Made by a program: the position numbers and the translations under genes. This document shows positions 47,072-56,594 of a DNA stretch of 64,000 nucleotides, in pieces. The stretch's first letter is position 1. Each line of letters starts with the position of its first letter. A model generated the notes under the pieces. That model searched no databases, was not told where the DNA came from, and saw nothing but the letters and a program-made list of their open reading frames with translations. The DNA comes from a virus, in IMG/VR virus record IMGVR_UViG_3300046794_000311, positions 21,748 through 85,747 of that record; one strand, 5' to 3'.

Positions 47072-47562
47072 AGGATCTCCATGTGTGGTCTCGGGTCTTC
47101 TTCGCGTAGTGCTCGTTGCCGCTCCACCTCGCCGACCAGTGCGGACCAGGGCGTGACGGTGTCGCGGTAGTCCGGCCGGAAGCGCGGGGAGGAGTAGTTG
47201 GGGTGCAGGTAGTTCAGGACCCCAATCCCGGACGCCATGACGTGCGCAGCGATCTGGGGATTGGGCTCGATCAGCAGCTCGACGTTGCATCCGGCCTGCC
47301 GGAGCCGGGCGATCTGCCGCATCCTGCGTTCGGCTGGATCCTCGGGGTCCAGGGCCTGGGCGAGGGTGAGGTAGGGGTGCTTGTTGAAGCCGTTGACGCG
47401 CAGCCAGTGCTGGATGTACTCGGCGTCCTCGCTGTCGCTGATCAGGGCGACCTTGTAGGACTCCATCAGGCCCCAGTACAGGCGCTGGCCCTGGTGGATG
47501 ACGGCGTCTCCTACCTCGCGGGAGAGCACTCCTTCGATGACGATGGCGACGGTTGCAGTCAT
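47068..47562 (-). CDS. HAD-fold-like protein with degenerate catalytic motifs
   Basis: VAIVIEGVL (cf. DxDGVL), VALIS, LLIEPNP (cf. xxDD). Confidence 0.5.
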   Translation of the reverse strand: MTATVAIVIEGVLSREVGDAVIHQGQRLYWGLMESYKVALISDSEDAEYIQHWLRVNGFNKHPYLTLAQALDPEDPAERRMRQIARLRQAGCNVELLIEPNPQIAAHVMASGIGVLNYLHPNYSSPRFRPDYRDTVTPWSALVGEVERQRALREEDPRPHMEIL

Positions 47563-47569
47563 GGCGCCG

Positions 47570-48418
47570 TCACCCGTGCTCGTGCTCGTGGAGGCCGAGG
47601 CGGTGCTCGGTCTCGTGCGTCTGGAAGGCGTTCTTGGCGTTCATGTTCGGGCTGTAGCCGTGGTGCTTGACCAGGTGCTCGACGACGTCCTCGGGGGCCG
47701 CCTTCTTCTTGATCTTCGGCAGTTGCTCGGGCTTGAACTGGTCCAGGTTGAGCACGTGGGCACCGACGTGGGTGTCTCCCCGGCCGCGCGCTTCTGCCAG
47801 CCGGTGGTGCGCGTCGGCGACGTACGGCGTGCCGCCTTGGACGACCACCTTGACGTGCGGGTGATCGGCGTCGAGCGGGCCGGTGATGTACGAGTGGGAG
47901 CCAGTCTCGAACGCGGTCTGGCCGGTGTGCAGCACCGAGCTGGTGCTGATGCGCTGCACCGTGGCGTGCTTGTTCCAGAACGCCTCGTTGCCGTGGCTCA
48001 TCTGTGGGCCGTGCTTCTCGTACCAACGGTCGGTGACCTTGGGGTCGACGACGTTGCCGTGGCCGTCCAGGTGACCGAACTGCTGCGGGTTGTGCGGCGG
48101 GCCCATGACCATCTGCCCCTCGGACTGGGGGTAGTTGGTGCGCTCCTCGTCGTGGATCAGGTCGTGGTCGCGCGGGGAGCCGATGGTGGTGACCTTGGTG
48201 TGCATCCCGCCCGGGTGGGGAGCGGGATGCGGGATATTAAGCGCGCCGGGCTTGTAGTGCGTTTGAAGGTGCAGCGGCGTATCGCGCGTCAGGTGGTACT
48301 GGGCGCGCAGTGCGGTCTGCTTCTTCGCCTGCGGGGACGTCCTGCCGTCGAGCGGGACAGGCAGGGCGGTCTGTTCGAACTGCGGCCCGGCGACAGGCTT
48401 TCGCTGGGAGAGGGCCAT
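47570..48418 (-). CDS. ParB/Srx-like domain protein
   Basis: VKVVVQGGTPYVADAHHRLAEARGRG (cf. DGHHR). Confidence 0.6.
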   Translation of the reverse strand: MALSQRKPVAGPQFEQTALPVPLDGRTSPQAKKQTALRAQYHLTRDTPLHLQTHYKPGALNIPHPAPHPGGMHTKVTTIGSPRDHDLIHDEERTNYPQSEGQMVMGPPHNPQQFGHLDGHGNVVDPKVTDRWYEKHGPQMSHGNEAFWNKHATVQRISTSSVLHTGQTAFETGSHSYITGPLDADHPHVKVVVQGGTPYVADAHHRLAEARGRGDTHVGAHVLNLDQFKPEQLPKIKKKAAPEDVVEHLVKHHGYSPNMNAKNAFQTHETEHRLGLHEHEHG

Positions 48419-49411
48419 TTACGACCTCCGGTAAGGGGTGTTCCAAAGAGCCGCCTTCGCGAGCGCGGTGGCGGCGTCATCGAGCGGAGCCCCGTACAGG
48501 TCGGTCTCCTGCGCCTTGTGGGCCTCGACGTCCGCTGTGGCGAGAGCGTTCAGGGCCTGTACGGTGCCCTGCTGCTTGTGTGCCTGCCAGCGGAAGTTGT
48601 AGTAGTCGCCGTAGCCGGATCCCCCAGGGCCGAAAGCCTGTCGGCGGCCGAGGTGGATGTCGTCGAAGAGGGCCTTGGCCTGCTGGACGACGATCTTCTG
48701 GGAGGCGAGGGAGTTCTGCCACGTGGCGGAGTTCGGGGAGGCGCTGGAGGCCGTCTTGCGCAGGTGGTTGTAGCGCTCGACCAGCGTGCGGGCGTGGGCC
48801 TCCTCCGTCTGCACGGCGTCCCACCAGTGCTTCGGGTACAGGCTGTGCGGGTCGGCGGGCAGGGACGGCGGCCGGATGTCCCAGCGGTCGTGGGTGAGGT
48901 TGTAGGCGGCGTACGGGTTGATGGCCGCGATGGAATTCGCCGTGGTGCCCGGGTTCAGGTAGTAGGTGACCTCGTAGACCTGTCCGTGGAAATCGGTGGT
49001 CGCGGTGCGCGGCCACAGGTTCTTCTTCAGGTCCGAGTTCATCAGGTCGGAGAATTCGGCTTCGGAGACGCCCTGGTAGGTGGGGTTCATCTCGTAGAAC
49101 TTCGGGAAGTCAATTCCGAACAGCACGTCGAGGTCGCCGTTACCCCGGTCCCCAGCCCACTGGAAGGAGATGCCGGACCCGGCCAGCCAGGCGGCCAGCC
49201 AGGTACGAACGCCCTGGTAGCGACCGTCGAGGTAGGTATTAAGGACGCCGAGGATGTGGTCCCGGACGTCTGGCTTGATGTGGTCCCCGTCGAAGATGTG
49301 CGGGTCGAGCCCTGCCTGGGGCGTGCTGAAATACCCAGAGGCTCCCGAGTGAATGTCGGGCTGCTCTCCCTGGGTGATTGCTCGATTGAGATAGAACTCG
49401 TATCCGGCCAT
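48419..49411 (-). CDS. Pol-beta-superfamily nucleotidyltransferase-like protein
   Basis: WLAGSGIS...GDLDVLFG. Confidence 0.65.
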   Translation of the reverse strand: MAGYEFYLNRAITQGEQPDIHSGASGYFSTPQAGLDPHIFDGDHIKPDVRDHILGVLNTYLDGRYQGVRTWLAAWLAGSGISFQWAGDRGNGDLDVLFGIDFPKFYEMNPTYQGVSEAEFSDLMNSDLKKNLWPRTATTDFHGQVYEVTYYLNPGTTANSIAAINPYAAYNLTHDRWDIRPPSLPADPHSLYPKHWWDAVQTEEAHARTLVERYNHLRKTASSASPNSATWQNSLASQKIVVQQAKALFDDIHLGRRQAFGPGGSGYGDYYNFRWQAHKQQGTVQALNALATADVEAHKAQETDLYGAPLDDAATALAKAALWNTPYRRS

Positions 49412-49498
49412 GGTTTCGATTCTAGCTGGAATAGGGAAAGCCCCCAGAATCCAATCCGATATGGAGGGAGACTGGGGGCTTTATAGTTGCTATTTCCG

Positions 49499-49888
49499 TC
49501 AGAGTTTCAGGCGCGAGCGGAGGGCGGCCTCCTGGGCCTGCTGCTGCATGGCCTGGCCCATCATCATCATCGCCTGCTGGGTCCTCTGGGCCGTCTCCAT
49601 GACCTGGAGGTCCTTCAGCACGACGGAGGCCGCGCCGTAGATGTCGTCGGGGGTGGCGCCGCGCCGGGGGGCGTACTGCTGGGTGAGGTCGGAGGTGGCC
49701 ACGACCGCGCCGTCCAGCCCGATGGCGACGATGAACGCGGTGGTGACGGGGGTGCTGATCTCGTCCTCGGCGGGCGGGTTCTCCTCGGCCATCTTGGCCA
49801 GTGCCTCGCGCTGCTCGGGCGTGAGGTCGTCGGTATTAAGCGGCTTGTCGGCGCTGCTGGTCTGTCCGAGGATCGGGACGTTGGGCAT
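49499..49888 (-). CDS. Hypothetical protein
   Basis: GGAG RBS. Confidence 0.6.
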   Translation of the reverse strand: MPNVPILGQTSSADKPLNTDDLTPEQREALAKMAEENPPAEDEISTPVTTAFIVAIGLDGAVVATSDLTQQYAPRRGATPDDIYGAASVVLKDLQVMETAQRTQQAMMMMGQAMQQQAQEAALRSRLKL

Positions 49889-49917
49889 GTAGTGCTCCAA
49901 GTTTGGTTCGGGTGGGG

Positions 49918-50403
49918 TTACTTGTAGAGTCCGGCCTTCTCGCGGGCCGCCTGGACCACGAGGGTGTGCACCGGGCAGAACTCGCACAGGTAGCGGTCCT
50001 GGGCGCTGCGGTACTTAGGCAGGCCCGCCGCCTTGCGCTCGGCGGCCGTGTCCGGCGTGAGCCGCTTGGACGCGGTCTTGTAGTCGTTGCAGCCCGGGTT
50101 GCGCAGGTGCTTGGTCCAGCAGGCGTGGGCGTCTTCCTGGAAGGTGTTCTTCGCGTTGTAGAACGCCGGGTCGAAGCCGGTGTGGCCCGTGTTCTCCCGG
50201 ATCTTCGCGATGACAGCGTCTCGGGTGGAGGGGCTGTCCCAGTGCTTCTTCTCCACGCGCATCAGCGGGTGGGCGATGTGGTCGGGGTGCTTCTGGACCA
50301 GGGCTTCGAGGAGGAAGTCCCGGCTCGGGTCACCCTCGTAGTCGGGCAGTTCTTCAAGGCTGCCGCAGGTCTTACAGAGCAGGAGCCGTACGTGCTCGGC
50401 CAT
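49918..50403 (-). CDS. Cys-rich hypothetical protein
   Basis: CKTC, C...C, LCEFCPVH. Confidence 0.65.
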   Translation of the reverse strand: MAEHVRLLLCKTCGSLEELPDYEGDPSRDFLLEALVQKHPDHIAHPLMRVEKKHWDSPSTRDAVIAKIRENTGHTGFDPAFYNAKNTFQEDAHACWTKHLRNPGCNDYKTASKRLTPDTAAERKAAGLPKYRSAQDRYLCEFCPVHTLVVQAAREKAGLYK

Positions 50404-50495
50404 GGTGTCCTTCCTCAAGGGGCTGTTCAGGGACCAAACATAGCATCCCCATTACGCCATTGGAAGACGTAATGGGGATGCCGTAACGAAGTGGG

Positions 50496-51476
50496 TTACT
50501 TGCCGGTGGCCAGGTAGCGGCCGAGCAGCACGTAGGAGTCACCGGCCGTGGCGCCCTGGACGGCGACCTTCTTGCCGGAGATGGCGACCGTGCCGGACTT
50601 CGCGTGCGTGTAGCCCAGGGCCACGTTGGCCGGGCCGCCGACCGCGACGACGACGTCACCAGCAGCCAGAGCAGCCTTCGCGACGTCCACGCGACCGGTA
50701 GCGACGGCACCCTTGGGCTGGAACGCGTCAGTGGCCGCCGCAGCGGTCATGGAGTCGATGTTCTCGCCGAAGATCACCATCGTGTACGCCTTCGCAGGGG
50801 TTGGAGCAGGAGCAGGAGCGGGGGTCGGCTTGGGCGCCGGAGCGGGAGCCGGGGTCGGCTTGGGGGCCGCCTTCACCGGGATGGCCAGGGCCTTCCAGGT
50901 ATTAAGGTCCCCGTTCAGCAGGTTCTGGTCGACGTTGCCGACGATGCCGTACTGGTGCACGGTCCAGGTCGACCAGCCCTCGGTCAGCGGGTGCCCGGCC
51001 GGGTTGTTCGGGTCGGCCACCCACAGCGGGTAGGACCGCAGTTCCTTCTTCTGCGCGTCCGAAGCCACACCGAGCAGGCCGGTGAGGTAGGAGGTGTAGG
51101 TGTAGATGAACGGCGCCGCCTTGGTCTGCGCCTTGACGTACGCGAGCCACGTCAGTGCGTAGTGCAGACGCTGGCTCCAGGAGCCTTCGGAAGCCTCCAG
51201 GTCGAGCGCCAGGACCTCACCGGGCAGGGCGCCCGCAGCGGACAGGAAGTGCTTGGCCTCCGTCGCCGCGTCCTGGGTGGGGTGGGCGAAGTGGTAGTGG
51301 CCCAGGGCCTTCTTCGCCGCCCGGGTCGCCTTGACGATGCCTGCGTGCTTCGTGTCGCCCGTGTGCTCGCCCTCGGACGCCTTGGCGATGATGAACGCGT
51401 TGTTCTTGCTGGCGATGGCCGCAGCGATGTGCGCGGCGTCGTTGTTGTTGGAGAGGTCGACTCCGTGGAGGGACAT
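50496..51476 (-). CDS. GH25 lysozyme (endolysin) with Pro/Ala linker and C-terminal wall-binding domain
   Basis: GVDLS, AKASEG, GHYHFA, LALDLE, LWVA, HQY, VDQN. Confidence 0.88.
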   Translation of the reverse strand: MSLHGVDLSNNNDAAHIAAAIASKNNAFIIAKASEGEHTGDTKHAGIVKATRAAKKALGHYHFAHPTQDAATEAKHFLSAAGALPGEVLALDLEASEGSWSQRLHYALTWLAYVKAQTKAAPFIYTYTSYLTGLLGVASDAQKKELRSYPLWVADPNNPAGHPLTEGWSTWTVHQYGIVGNVDQNLLNGDLNTWKALAIPVKAAPKPTPAPAPAPKPTPAPAPAPTPAKAYTMVIFGENIDSMTAAAATDAFQPKGAVATGRVDVAKAALAAGDVVVAVGGPANVALGYTHAKSGTVAISGKKVAVQGATAGDSYVLLGRYLATGK

Positions 51477-51481
51477 CAGAC

Positions 51482-51730
51482 TCAGAATCCTGCCTGGCTC
51501 GGAGGGGTGGAGACGTAGTTGGGTGTGTGGACGGCCTTGCCGTCGGGGCGGACCTTGACCTCGTCCTCGTGACGGCCGTACCAGACGTCGTTGAGGTCGA
51601 CGCGGTGGCGGACAGTGTCCGACTGCGCCACACCCAGGCCGCCACGGTCGACGACGATCTTCTTGTACTTGCCGTCGGTGGCGCCCTCATTCAGTTCCGC
51701 GTTCATCGAACGCGAGGGTGCGTACGCCAT
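51482..51730 (-). CDS. Hypothetical protein
   Basis: Coupled ORF. Confidence 0.55.
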   Translation of the reverse strand: MAYAPSRSMNAELNEGATDGKYKKIVVDRGGLGVAQSDTVRHRVDLNDVWYGRHEDEVKVRPDGKAVHTPNYVSTPPSQAGF

Positions 51731-51894
51731 TACTTCGCTCGCTTTCCGTTGCCGTTCTTGCCGTCGCGCCGGTCGTTGAAAATCGCCAGCGGCCTGGCCG
51801 AGCCGGTGGACCCTGCCTGTGCCTTCCAGCGCACGTTGTCCGACATTCCGGCGCGGCGCTTGTCATCGGCACGGTGTGTCTTGTGCTTGGACAT
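51730..51894 (-). CDS. Small basic hypothetical protein (54 aa, not in ORF track)
   Basis: TAATG coupling at both ends; MSKHKTHRADDKRR... Confidence 0.45.
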   Translation of the reverse strand: MSKHKTHRADDKRRAGMSDNVRWKAQAGSTGSARPLAIFNDRRDGKNGNGKRAK

Positions 51895-52193
51895 TAAAAG
51901 CCCCCGATGGTTGGCCTTGAACTACCAGAGTATCCGCCCTGAGTTCCCGTATAGGAGTTCGTCGAGGGCGATGGATACACCTTGTCTACCTGGAGCACGT
52001 CCTCAATTCCGAGGGCTGTGTCTCTGTATCCGAACCTCGGAGGGAAAAGAGGCCGGACGACCGGGGGCGGTGCACTCTGGAGCGCTAGCACATCGCCCGG
52101 AATGTTGGCGACGGAAAGCGCATCCGTGAGAATCCGCTCAGGGAGGGAGTCCCACGGATGCGTCCTGTCGTAGACGGAATCCGCGTTCTGCAT
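51894..52193 (-). CDS. Hypothetical protein
   Basis: Coupled 99-aa ORF. Confidence 0.55.
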   Translation of the reverse strand: MQNADSVYDRTHPWDSLPERILTDALSVANIPGDVLALQSAPPPVVRPLFPPRFGYRDTALGIEDVLQVDKVYPSPSTNSYTGTQGGYSGSSRPTIGGF

Positions 52194-53443
52194 CAGAACA
52201 ACTTCTGCTGGCCCGGGTGGACCTCGGTATTAAGGTGCTTGCCGTAGGTATTAAGCGACGCGTCGTGGTTGTCGCCTCGGCGCCGCTTCTCCTCGCTCCA
52301 CTGCGCGGACTGCATGTTGGTCAGCGAATTCAGGCCCCGCTCGGACATCACGTTCCGGGCGACGTGGTCGTGGAAGGCGTGAATGCCCTTGATGCCCATG
52401 TACGCCTGCTGGCTGCCGGAGCCCTTCTTGTCCTCCAGGTGCGGAGCGAAGGCGCCACCACCGGAGTGCGTGTCGGACACCCAGAACTGCGAAGAGCCGT
52501 GGGGGTCGACCCAGGAGTTGTGATAGGCCGAGACCTTCTCACCGGCCGTGGGCTTCCACGCGTTCGACAACTGCTTGCCGTTGAGGACCTGGTGGGTCAC
52601 GTCGATCGCGAGGGCGTGGTTACGGGGGTAGCCGTTGACCGGGTACGCCCGGGTGTCGCCGTCCTTCTTGACCAGTTCGGTCGCCTTGGAGCCGTTCTTG
52701 CGGGTGACGGTCTTCTCGACCTTGTCCTCACGCGGGACGTAGTAGTCCGGGTGGTGCTGGTACTCGGCGCCGGTCTTCCCGGACTTCGCCCACTGGATGG
52801 CGTGGCTGGCCGCCTCGTCGTTGGGGTAGACGGCCCTGCCGGTCTCCTTGTCCGGCCGCACGAAGACGTTCTGCGGGGACGTGATCGCGTTCGCAGCGGC
52901 CTGGACGCCGAAGGGGACGCCGTTCTCCTTGGCCGACACCTTCAGGCGCGCACGCGGCGACAGGGAGCCGTCACGGGTGTGGTCCTGGGCCGGGCTGTAG
53001 AACGAGTCGTGATGCCCGCCCTCATGGGCGTAGGCGCGGTCGACCTGGGAGGCCAGCGAGCGGTGAGCCGAGTCGGGGGTGACGCCGAACTTGGCGGCCG
53101 AGCGAAGCACGCGGGCCTGCTCGTGCGGGGCGAAGTCCTCCCACCGCTTGTTGACCGGCATCATGTCCTTGACCGGGGCCATGGTGTGCTGGCCGTGCCA
53201 GACGTCGGAGCCCTCCGGACCCGCCAGTTCCATCTGGCCGTGCAGGTTCGGCGCCTTGTCGGTGTTGCCCATCAGGGAGTACGACTGCCGTGGCGAGCTA
53301 CCGGCACCGGGCTGGTCCTGGATGGTCTTGAACCGCTCGGGGTTGGCCGCCTCGAAGGTCTCCCGCTTGGCGGTGGCCTCCTTGACGGTCTTGTTGTAGG
53401 CACGGGTGTCCGCACTCTTCTGTGCGGGGGTCTTGCCAGCCAT
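52193..53443 (-). CDS. Hypothetical protein, possibly HhH DNA-glycosylase-like (DUF7178-type)
   Basis: AAANAITSPQN, KVSAYHN..DP, VSDTH, MQSAQW pattern. Confidence 0.5.
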   Translation of the reverse strand: MAGKTPAQKSADTRAYNKTVKEATAKRETFEAANPERFKTIQDQPGAGSSPRQSYSLMGNTDKAPNLHGQMELAGPEGSDVWHGQHTMAPVKDMMPVNKRWEDFAPHEQARVLRSAAKFGVTPDSAHRSLASQVDRAYAHEGGHHDSFYSPAQDHTRDGSLSPRARLKVSAKENGVPFGVQAAANAITSPQNVFVRPDKETGRAVYPNDEAASHAIQWAKSGKTGAEYQHHPDYYVPREDKVEKTVTRKNGSKATELVKKDGDTRAYPVNGYPRNHALAIDVTHQVLNGKQLSNAWKPTAGEKVSAYHNSWVDPHGSSQFWVSDTHSGGGAFAPHLEDKKGSGSQQAYMGIKGIHAFHDHVARNVMSERGLNSLTNMQSAQWSEEKRRRGDNHDASLNTYGKHLNTEVHPGQQKLF

Positions 53444-53555
53444 CAGCCGCCACATCCCTGGGTCTTCTGTGCGTCACGTATGGACTGCATCGGGTTCTTC
53501 GGAGTGGCCTTCTTGATCGCCTGGATCTGGCCCCGGAATTCCTGGCTGCGCACGG

Positions 53556-54113
53556 TCACCTCCACTGGTCCGGCGAGTTGTACGGCGACGCGGACGGCAG
53601 CAGCTTCTTCATGCGCTCGCTGCGTACCGGGTCGATGTCGGCCATGACCTCGGAGATGCCGTACTTCTGCTGAAGGGCACCCATCTCGGCCGGAGAGAGC
53701 GCCTGGTTCTTGCCCATGTGGGCCAGCCGCTCGGTGACGTCGCCCTTCTGCGTCCACTTCAGGCCCTGGGCCTCGTAGACCAGACCGGCCTGCGGGTTGA
53801 CCCCGCCGACGTCCGGCCAGAAGTAGTCACTGCGGTCGATCACGTCGCCCTTGTGGACACCGCGCTGGTAGCTGCGGTCGGTCAGGCGCTTCTGAACGCC
53901 CTCCATGACGCGGTCGCGTCGTCTGTCGTTGATCGTGCCGAGGTAGCCGTCGGGGTACTCCGCTGAAGGCGTTCGAGCGCCCATAGCAGCGCGCCGGGCG
54001 TCCAGACCATCGCGGAAGGAGAGCGCATCTGTTCCGGCTCCTCCGTTCGCGCGCACTGGAGCGCCCGGCTGTCCGATGGCGTACGGCGTTGCGTACTGCC
54101 AGTTACTGGACAT
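53556..54113 (-). CDS. Conserved hypothetical phage protein
   Basis: TPSAEYPDGYLGTINDRRRDR...RSYQRGVHKG. Confidence 0.7.
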   Translation of the reverse strand: MSSNWQYATPYAIGQPGAPVRANGGAGTDALSFRDGLDARRAAMGARTPSAEYPDGYLGTINDRRRDRVMEGVQKRLTDRSYQRGVHKGDVIDRSDYFWPDVGGVNPQAGLVYEAQGLKWTQKGDVTERLAHMGKNQALSPAEMGALQQKYGISEVMADIDPVRSERMKKLLPSASPYNSPDQWR

Positions 54114-54123
54114 GGCTGCCTAC

Positions 54124-54462
54124 TCAGAGGCCCTGTCGGTACTGGCGACGCAGGTAGAAGTCCCGGTTGCCGACGGCAGAGGGGACGGTGACGACGTTGC
54201 GCTGGACGACCCCGGCCTCGGCCGCGTTGGCCTGGTAGAGGATCGCGGTCGGCCGCAGGGTCGCGCCCATCCGCTCCTGAACGCTGGCCCGGTGCGTGGC
54301 CGTCGCGGACTCCAGGAAGCCACCCTTGGCCTGGTTCTTCTTCGGGACGGAACGGCCCTTGATCGGCTTGGCCACGTTGCCCAGCCGGGAGGCGTCGGTG
54401 CCCATGGTCGGACGCAGCGACGGGTTGTCCGTCGTTACGATGTTGTCCTTCTTCTTCGCCAC
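54124..54462 (-). CDS. Hypothetical basic protein
   Basis: AAGGAG RBS before GTG. Confidence 0.6.
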   Translation of the reverse strand: MAKKKDNIVTTDNPSLRPTMGTDASRLGNVAKPIKGRSVPKKNQAKGGFLESATATHRASVQERMGATLRPTAILYQANAAEAGVVQRNVVTVPSAVGNRDFYLRRQYRQGL

Positions 54463-54476
54463 TGCTGGCTCCTTGG

Positions 54477-54755
54477 TTAGCCGCCGAGGGTGCGGTACGG
54501 GTTCTTGTCGATCCACAACCGGCTGTCATAGGTCTGCGACGAGGCGCCGTTCAGCGAGGGTGCGAAACCTCCGCCGATGCGCTTTCGTTCGTAGTCCTCG
54601 GAACCCAGACCGTTCGCGGAGCCGCGTACCTGGGTTTCGTCAAAGACGGACGTCGGGGTAAAGCGCTGAGTACGGACCGGCTGCGCTGACGGGTACTTTG
54701 TCTCCATTGCTCCCGTCGAAAACGAGCCTGTCCGCCCGTCCGAAACACCATTCAT
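54477..54755 (-). CDS. Hypothetical protein
   Basis: GGAGG RBS. Confidence 0.55.
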   Translation of the reverse strand: MNGVSDGRTGSFSTGAMETKYPSAQPVRTQRFTPTSVFDETQVRGSANGLGSEDYERKRIGGGFAPSLNGASSQTYDSRLWIDKNPYRTLGG

Positions 54756-54811
54756 TTCGCCTCCACTGGATCAAACCCAGTGTAAAGACGGAAAGGCAGC
54801 GGATTAGAACC

Positions 54812-55114
54812 TCAGTGAACGAAGATCCGCAGCAGCAGGGCCGAGATATCCCCGGCGTCCTGCGTGGTGACGGTCGTGAATCCGGGTCGGCAGTCGAGCA
54901 CGATTCCCCGGGGGGCCACGAAACTGTTCGCGATGGCGATAGCCTTCATGGCCTGGTTTACCGCACCGGCCCCGATGGCCCGCAGTGTGACCCGCTTACC
55001 GTCGTAGACGGCGTGGGAAATGGCGCTGGCCAGGCTGGCGGCGGACGAAGAACTCTTGACGCGGAGGATGGCCTCGTTACTCGGTGGCCCCTCGTCGTCG
55101 TACTGAACTCCCAT
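54812..55114 (-). CDS. spoVS: SpoVS-family protein
   Basis: ILRVKSSS...SLASAI...RAIGAGAVNQAMKAIAIA.SFVAP.G..L.C.PGF matches SpoVS. Confidence 0.88.
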   Translation of the reverse strand: MGVQYDDEGPPSNEAILRVKSSSSAASLASAISHAVYDGKRVTLRAIGAGAVNQAMKAIAIANSFVAPRGIVLDCRPGFTTVTTQDAGDISALLLRIFVH

Positions 55115-55237
55115 TGGTGACTCCTGTGTGTCCGATTCTGATCACAATTCGAGAATACGGAGACGCAGGAATCTTGTGTTAATGACAACAGGCCCCGGGG
55201 CGTCGTCTTCACCCGGGGCCTGCTGCGTGTCGAGTTG

Positions 55238-55645
55238 TTACTCAGGGGCGTACCAGCGACCTAGTTCCTGTGCTGGTGGCTTTTCGAGGTACCCCTTGGC
55301 TCGGGAGAAAAACTCCGGGTCGTCCCGGGCGTGGCCCAGGATGTCGTTGCACGGTCGGCAGAGAAGCCCTCTCACGAGCAGCGTCTTGTGATCATGGTCG
55401 ACGGACAGGCGCCGGGTTGCTCCTGTGGCCCGTCGGCATATCGCGCACTTCCCGCCCTGGGCCTCGTACAGGGTGGCGTAGTCGCCTTCGCCGAGTCCGT
55501 AGGTGGTCTGGACGCGCTTCTCGTGGGCGGCCTTGCTGCGCCGCTTCTTCTCCTCGCGCCAGTGGGTGGCGCACCGTGGCCCGGGGTTGGGCGCTGGGCG
55601 TTTGCTCCCGGGCTCACAGTCCTTGCAGGTTTTCGGGGCGGTCAC
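55238..55645 (-). CDS. Endonuclease VII-like protein
   Basis: YGL...QGGKCAIC...LSVDHDH...VRGLLCRPCN. Confidence 0.9.
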   Translation of the reverse strand: MTAPKTCKDCEPGSKRPAPNPGPRCATHWREEKKRRSKAAHEKRVQTTYGLGEGDYATLYEAQGGKCAICRRATGATRRLSVDHDHKTLLVRGLLCRPCNDILGHARDDPEFFSRAKGYLEKPPAQELGRWYAPE

Positions 55646-56244
55646 GCGAGTCGCAGGATCTCGCGGACCTTCGTATTAAGGTCCTCCAGCGTGCCGTCGT
55701 TGTTGATCCGGACGTCGAACCACTCGTCGGGCAGGCCCTTGTCGCTCTTGTGGGCGTTGACCGGGCCGTAGCCGGGACGGTCGATCTTGACCAGCAGGCC
55801 GATGCGGGAGTCGATCGCCTGGTGCTCGTTGACGAAGCGGACGTCGGTGAAGACGTACTTCTTGCCCTCCTCCAACTTCTTGAACACCGAGTCGACCCAC
55901 ACGTTCTGGTCGATCATCTCCCGGCCGACCTCGGTGCCCAGGACCTGGAGCATCCGTCGGATCTCCTCGTATTGGCGCTTGGCCTCGTCCCATCCGTGGC
56001 GGTCCACCAGGTCCTGGACTCGCTGGTCCTCGCCGTACGGGTGGAAGAGGATGACCGGGTTCAGTACGTACAGGGCCTCGCGCAGGACGTCGGCGAAGGC
56101 GACGCGGGTGTATCCGTAGTTGGCGAGGATCTTGGCGACGGCGTCCTTACCGGCCCCGGCGAATCCGTGGAGGCCGATGTACTGCGGAAGCCACGACTCG
56201 ACGATCTCGGTGTCGTTGTCGACAGGTGCGGTGGTGGTGTTCAC
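55642..56244 (-). CDS. Deoxynucleoside monophosphate kinase
   Basis: IGLHGFAGAGKD, FADVLR, LQVLGTE, TDVRFVNE, NDGTLEDL. Confidence 0.9.
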   Translation of the reverse strand: MNTTTAPVDNDTEIVESWLPQYIGLHGFAGAGKDAVAKILANYGYTRVAFADVLREALYVLNPVILFHPYGEDQRVQDLVDRHGWDEAKRQYEEIRRMLQVLGTEVGREMIDQNVWVDSVFKKLEEGKKYVFTDVRFVNEHQAIDSRIGLLVKIDRPGYGPVNAHKSDKGLPDEWFDVRINNDGTLEDLNTKVREILRLA

Positions 56245-56594
56245 TTGCTCGCTCCGATGCTCTTCTTCAGGTGGTCAGCGACCAGGGGGATGTCCCACAG
56301 GGCCCGGCGGGCGGAGACGACGGCCGCGTTGCGGTCGGACTCCTTCTTCTGGAGGAGGTGGAACTGGCCGTGCCAGCGGCCGGTCATCCAGTCGGTCTGC
56401 TCGATGAGCGGGGTGACCTTCTCGACCAGCCGCAGGGACTGCTCCTCGACCTTCTGGCGCCGCCTGTGCGCCATGGCGAGTTCGTCGGTGCGCTGGTCGA
56501 GTTGGGTGCGGAGGTTGATCAGGGCCCAGGCCATGAACATCATGCAGCCGACCCAGACCGTGACGATGGTGATGACGACAGCGGTGTTGGTCAT
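56241..56594 (-). CDS. Membrane-anchored coiled-coil protein
   Basis: N-terminal TM. Confidence 0.55.
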   Translation of the reverse strand: MTNTAVVITIVTVWVGCMMFMAWALINLRTQLDQRTDELAMAHRRRQKVEEQSLRLVEKVTPLIEQTDWMTGRWHGQFHLLQKKESDRNAAVVSARRALWDIPLVADHLKKSIGASK

